This document shows, in pieces, positions 23,580 through 27,847 of a DNA stretch of 27,847 nucleotides. The stretch lies in the IMG/VR virus record IMGVR_UViG_3300037195_000714, positions 1 through 27,847 of that record; one strand, 5' to 3'. Made by a program: the position numbers and the translations under genes. A model generated the notes under the pieces. That model made no database searches, was not told the origin of the DNA, and saw nothing but the letters and a program-made list of their open reading frames with translations. The stretch comes from a virus (lineage: Duplodnaviria > Caudoviricetes). The number at the start of each line of letters is the position of its first letter. Positions within the stretch are counted from its first letter, which is position 1.

Positions 23580-24596
23580 TTATGCTATTGTGTACCATCT
23601 AATAGGAACGTTTACTGCTCCATCAGTTAGTCCTGCTAAACCGAACCCTTCAACTGTAACTTCAATTACTCCACCTTCAAGCGAAATAGGTTCTGTCCAG
23701 TTTGTAAAGTAACAAGTTTCTAAATCAATGTTTACTACTCTATCACCGGAAGCTGCACCTTCAGTAATATCTAAACTTACTGCGTATGCTGTTGAACTTC
23801 CACTAGTAGTTGGTGTGTTAGCTGCCCCATAAAAGTAATCCATCAATTCTAAACCGCCTAACGTTGACGCGGTAGTATCTTTCTTAAACTTGAATGTAAC
23901 AGTAAAATCGTACCTTCTTGTACCTGTCACTGGTTGTACAATAAACCTACTACCCAAATCTCTATGAGTTTGTGTGTTATTGTTCAAAGTTAAACTAAAG
24001 CTCATACATTGGAACGCGTCAGTTCCAATAGCAACTGTACCTTGCTGAAATACAAAAACTTTGTCAGTTGGTGCTGTATAAGCTTCTAATACTGTAGCAT
24101 TGGTCATAGTTTGTCCAATCCAATCACAAGAAGCTTTCAAGGTTTCTCCCTGTGACGCTGTAAGTGTTAAAGAATTAACCACTAAACCAGATACAGTTTG
24201 CGTTAAGTCTGTAGTATCACCTTCACTTCCAAACTCTAAAGCGAGTGACGGAATGTTAGCTGCGTCATACCCAATGTTAGCTGCTTCTTCAAGTTGGTAA
24301 GGGTTGGCAATAATTCCTGCTCCAGTTAGAGTTCCAACTGCGTATTGCATGAAAGTAAAATCGTCTACATCCCAATCAATTGTTCCGTTAATATCAAAAG
24401 CACCATTAAATGCCCCTGTTGCGTTTCGTCCTTCACCAAGACCTTGTGTCCTAAACATGTTGTTAGCCATGTTGATTGTTGCGGATTGTACCCTGCCTAT
24501 TCTGTTACCTGCTGCTGGTGTTCCGCCTGTACCATATCCAGATTCTTCTCCATATATGATGTATGTATCATGTCCTTTAAAATATTCTACTGTCAT
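23580..24596 (-). CDS. Major tail tube protein
   Basis: YGEESGYGT N-terminus, SFSLTLNNN...LGSR motif, synteny. Confidence 0.85.
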   Translation of the reverse strand: MTVEYFKGHDTYIIYGEESGYGTGGTPAAGNRIGRVQSATINMANNMFRTQGLGEGRNATGAFNGAFDINGTIDWDVDDFTFMQYAVGTLTGAGIIANPYQLEEAANIGYDAANIPSLALEFGSEGDTTDLTQTVSGLVVNSLTLTASQGETLKASCDWIGQTMTNATVLEAYTAPTDKVFVFQQGTVAIGTDAFQCMSFSLTLNNNTQTHRDLGSRFIVQPVTGTRRYDFTVTFKFKKDTTASTLGGLELMDYFYGAANTPTTSGSSTAYAVSLDITEGAASGDRVVNIDLETCYFTNWTEPISLEGGVIEVTVEGFGLAGLTDGAVNVPIRWYTIA

Positions 24597-24614
24597 TTTT
24601 CTTTATCCTCCGAT

Positions 24615-25364
24615 TTATAATCCTTCTCCTGCGTTAAATGCTCTAAACTGGTATTCAATTATCCATCTATATACGCCATACTCTTCCATATAGCCTCCAC
24701 TATTGCTAGATATTTTTAACGGATAGAATAACCCCTTTAGGCTTGCATGAGTTCTCCAGTTGTTTCTTATTGCCTTAATAAGTTCTCGAGATATATGCTT
24801 AACGCATTTTTCTCCTTCAAGTACATAAGTATAAGTTGATGTGATAGCTTCACCGTCGTCACCGGACACGTCAGTAGCACTAAAGTTTAAGTTGCCGGTA
24901 CTAAACGACCATTCAACTTCGTCCACTGATAAACTTCCAGGTGTAGTAAAACTGTCGTCTGTTACCTGTCTAGTAACTGTACCATACAATGTTCCATCAT
25001 GTTTAATATTAGTTACTGTTGTTGGCACATAATTGTAAACCATTCTATTTGAGTTAGCTGATGCAGACATTGTTCCAAGAGCTTCATCTGTTACAGTAAC
25101 CGTATGTAAATGGTCTTTCTTTGCCCAAACGTCAATCTGAAAAGTAATATTTTCGTATTGCGTATCATCAAAGATTCCCATAGATTCACCCGATTCAGTC
25201 AGCTTTGTAACAGAAATTCTTGGAAATGAAGCATCTCCCAAACTTTCAATTCTAGGGAAATCGTCATAAATCCATTGGCCAGACCGAGAACCGTTTACAT
25301 CAGTCAATGCTGCTCTAAGAAAATTTACTAAGATTCTCTCTGGCTCTATCTTGATTTGTGTCAT
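24615..25364 (-). CDS. Tail completion/terminator protein with an inserted beta domain
   Basis: FPRISV and FQIDVWAK motifs; precedes the tail tube gene. Confidence 0.7.
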   Translation of the reverse strand: MTQIKIEPERILVNFLRAALTDVNGSRSGQWIYDDFPRIESLGDASFPRISVTKLTESGESMGIFDDTQYENITFQIDVWAKKDHLHTVTVTDEALGTMSASANSNRMVYNYVPTTVTNIKHDGTLYGTVTRQVTDDSFTTPGSLSVDEVEWSFSTGNLNFSATDVSGDDGEAITSTYTYVLEGEKCVKHISRELIKAIRNNWRTHASLKGLFYPLKISSNSGGYMEEYGVYRWIIEYQFRAFNAGEGL

Positions 25365-25411
25365 CTTAACAATAATAAGTCCTGCTTGGACATTATATTA
25401 ATACCTCCTTG

Positions 25412-25433
25412 TACTATTTAAATAACATTATTT
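25412..25433 (-). promoter_or_regulatory. Late-type promoter motif upstream of the tail genes
   Basis: 22-bp identity with 243-264. Confidence 0.65.
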
Positions 25434-25952
25434 AGATGCAGCTTTAACTGCTCTATTAATAATATTACTCATCTTTGCTTCGTTGTATAATACCCGACGA
25501 AACGGTGCTCTTGGTTCTAATCCATGAGTTTGAATATACTTTGCTAATAGGAATTGTTTATCTTTAGTTTGAAATCCATGCCGTTGTGCCCACTTATCTA
25601 ACCCACCAATAAGTTTCCATTCGTTACCTACCTTTTTCATAGGCATCTTCCTGGTAGGGTTAGGTCCACGGTTCCTCTCACCAAACGGGTCGGTTACACC
25701 TTTCTTTGTACCTGGTGTGCCAAACTCCAGATATTTGCCGTGAGGGGAGTTAGAAGTAATAACTAACCCCTCATCATCGACAGACATATCTATACTCCCC
25801 TTAAATGCCCCAGTATCGACTAAACCTAGCCGATTTATTTCTTTGATAATCTCGCTTTCTACTTGAAACCCGATAGCCAATAATAACTTCTTTCTAAACT
25901 CTTCAAAATTAGTAATCTCGTAAGATTGGCCGTTATGATTAATTATCACCAC
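25428..25952 (-). CDS. HK97 gp10-like neck/tail-completion protein
   Basis: VDTGAFKGSI, YLEFGT and PRAPFR motifs; likely GTG start at 25952 (AAGGAG SD). Confidence 0.8.
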   Translation of the reverse strand: MVIINHNGQSYEITNFEEFRKKLLLAIGFQVESEIIKEINRLGLVDTGAFKGSIDMSVDDEGLVITSNSPHGKYLEFGTPGTKKGVTDPFGERNRGPNPTRKMPMKKVGNEWKLIGGLDKWAQRHGFQTKDKQFLLAKYIQTHGLEPRAPFRRVLYNEAKMSNIINRAVKAASK

Positions 25953-26349
25953 TGTTAATTCTCCTTCTACATCTATAAGAATAATGACAAACTGTACCAC
26001 CCAGTTCAGGTGCTTCAATTTGTTCGATTATTTCCCAATCACTACTACCGTCAACAATAATATCTTGAGGGTTAGGTAATGTGGTTAATGCAGTAGGATG
26101 AATGTATAAGACACCTTCACCAACTTCAACGATACCCATTTCTAACATCTTTTGATCTAGGTCTCTACCAAACTGTAAATCGCCAATGAACGTTGTATTA
26201 GCAGTACTTAATGCGGATAGTTGCCCATGTTCATCAATAGTCCGTGTAGAAACCTGAATAGTTAAAGTTCTACCAAAAACTTCTTCAATCATTTCCTTAG
26301 TAGCTTTCCTATTAGTTGTAGCATGTTTGCCTATTCTAGTTCGTACCAT
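25939..26349 (-). CDS. Head closure (stopper) protein
   Basis: FG..LTI...D..G and D.I..DG..W.I patterns; between the adaptor and gp10-like genes. Confidence 0.65.
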   Translation of the reverse strand: MVRTRIGKHATTNRKATKEMIEEVFGRTLTIQVSTRTIDEHGQLSALSTANTTFIGDLQFGRDLDQKMLEMGIVEVGEGVLYIHPTALTTLPNPQDIIVDGSSDWEIIEQIEAPELGGTVCHYSYRCRRRINSGDN

Positions 26350-26350
26350 T

Positions 26351-27679
26351 TTATATTGCTATAATGTCAGCTCTTTTACCTATTGATTTCAAGATTTCGT
26401 CTATTCTTGTCTTAAACTGTGAGATAACTTCTCGAATATTAACATAAACTTCACCTATTGTTACAGACTTACTACCCAGAGTGTAACTAGTAGCATCATC
26501 GTATGACCCACCAGATAAGTTAATATAAGCTTTAACTGATGCCATCATGATAGATAGTTCTGTAATATACGTTGGTGTACTAGATGATCCGTATTGGTAG
26601 TCTATCCGAATATTATCAGTACCAGACAAAACTTCTTTACCTCTAAAGTGTAAGATACCGTTAGTTCTAAAACTATACTGTCTTGGTTCAAGAGTTTCGC
26701 TAATAGAGTCTAAGATTGTAACTGTTGCAATCTGCGGGTCTGTAGTAGACCAAACACTAGTAACATTACCTCTTATCCAATAATAGTTAGATGAACTATT
26801 GACTGAAGTTGTATCCCAACCATAAGGGTAAGTCCAAGTAAACTTACCTGAAGCTTCAAAAGTACTAGCTCCAGTGTCAACATCTGTCTCAGTTATATCT
26901 GCCCAAGTTGTACCATTATAATATTCCCAGTCTATTGCCGGTGTTCCACCCGCTCCGTCAGTATCTAAATTAACATCTAAACCTAAGAACCGTTGTGAGC
27001 TACCAATATAAATGTAGTCAGCGGTCGCAGGCGAATCGTCGAATGGTATAAAAGGTGCTTCAGTTGAACTATTAACATCGTCAGTCTTGTCAGTATAAGT
27101 TGTATTATCATCATTATAGTTATAAAATAAACTTACTGCTATTGGTTCAGCTAAGAAGAATACTTGGTCAACCTTGATAACTGGATACTCTTTCAATATT
27201 ATCTTATCCGGTTCGTCCCAATCAGTTTGGTAAGGTTCATCAGTTGTTGGATAATCGCTATTAGACCTGCCGCTTCTATACTCAGAAACTGAGGTAGTTG
27301 CGTTCCATGTTCTGTTAGTCAATAACTGTATCTCCGAATCTGCCGCAGCTATCAATGCTGTTATGACTGAATCTGAGAACGAGTCTGTATACCAGTAAGT
27401 AGCATATACTATATTAGTTCCAACTGCAGTTACACCTGCCGCTTCTAATACTATACGTCCACTTTCTTTATGAATTGTGTAATGTGTAGTTTCAGTTAAT
27501 GCTGTGAAAGTGTTACTACCTGAAGCAGCATAAGAAATAGTAAAACTTCCATCAACCACGTTGCCCTTATCTAAATCAAAATCTGTCTCAGCGTTGTCAC
27601 CAGTTCCAACATTCTCGTCCACTATCCTTAGTCCTAGTCCGCTCCTTTGAGCAAATTGTAAGTTTGTTGCGTATGCCAT
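26351..27679 (-). CDS. Head-tail adaptor (gp6/gp15-like), enlarged by inserted domains (442 aa)
   Basis: MAYAT start at 27679 (GGAGG SD), LIAAADSEI..LTNR, IRIDYQYG...P motifs. Confidence 0.75.
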   Translation of the reverse strand: MAYATNLQFAQRSGLGLRIVDENVGTGDNAETDFDLDKGNVVDGSFTISYAASGSNTFTALTETTHYTIHKESGRIVLEAAGVTAVGTNIVYATYWYTDSFSDSVITALIAAADSEIQLLTNRTWNATTSVSEYRSGRSNSDYPTTDEPYQTDWDEPDKIILKEYPVIKVDQVFFLAEPIAVSLFYNYNDDNTTYTDKTDDVNSSTEAPFIPFDDSPATADYIYIGSSQRFLGLDVNLDTDGAGGTPAIDWEYYNGTTWADITETDVDTGASTFEASGKFTWTYPYGWDTTSVNSSSNYYWIRGNVTSVWSTTDPQIATVTILDSISETLEPRQYSFRTNGILHFRGKEVLSGTDNIRIDYQYGSSSTPTYITELSIMMASVKAYINLSGGSYDDATSYTLGSKSVTIGEVYVNIREVISQFKTRIDEILKSIGKRADIIAI

Positions 27680-27681
27680 TA

Positions 27682-27846
27682 TTATCCTCCAAATATTGTC
27701 CAGCCAAAGAATGCAATAAGTACGGTTACACCTGTGCCAAGTATCCACCATATCCTTTTGATAGACTCTCTATTTACTGCAATCTTGCCTGAACCCTCCC
27801 TCAATATTGTTTTCACTTCTTTTATATCTTGCCGATTTTCTCGAAC
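27682..27846 (-). CDS. 3' part of a coiled-coil protein with a C-terminal TM helix (partial)
   Basis: Hand translation ...VRENRQDIKEVKTILREGSGKIAVNRESIKRIWWILGTGVTVLIAFFGWTIFGG*. Confidence 0.65.
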   Translation of the reverse strand, partial: VRENRQDIKEVKTILREGSGKIAVNRESIKRIWWILGTGVTVLIAFFGWTIFGG

Positions 27847-27847
27847 T

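Noticed and set aside
15779-25032. Plus-strand ORFs across the structural module (for example 21948-22448, 22719-23186, 24304-24693)
   Set aside because: They are antisense shadows of tail genes.

Overview
This window is about 28 kb of an AT-rich tailed dsDNA virus (Caudoviricetes, siphovirus-type tail). It most likely infects an archaeon, based on TATA-box promoters, a family-B polymerase, an AEP primase and an ERCC4 nuclease, with no peptidoglycan enzymes seen. On the minus strand, from right to left: (1) neck and tail genes (27.7-15.4 kb), including a lambda G/GT-type -1 frameshift; (2) a replication and nucleotide-metabolism operon (13.2-4.1 kb) of AbrB-like regulator, primase-helicase, SSB-like protein, nucleoside 2-deoxyribosyltransferase-family N-glycosidase, HD nucleotidase, divergent ThyX, dNMP-kinase/ThyA-like fusion, PolB and ERCC4; (3) small regulators, small and large terminase, and the start of a probable portal gene. 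A plus-strand array of overlapping micro-ORFs (13.36-14.94 kb) is probably the early region. Three observations stand out. First is a candidate pyrimidine-substitution system, in which the ThyA-like domain carries the cytosine-type Asp at the position equivalent to E. coli Asn177. Second is a ~95-nt structured RNA motif present twice with compensatory base changes, once directly in front of terL. Third is a ~400-nt folded element with six copies of a repeat, right behind the primase-helicase. All product calls come from motifs recognised by eye, with no database searches.
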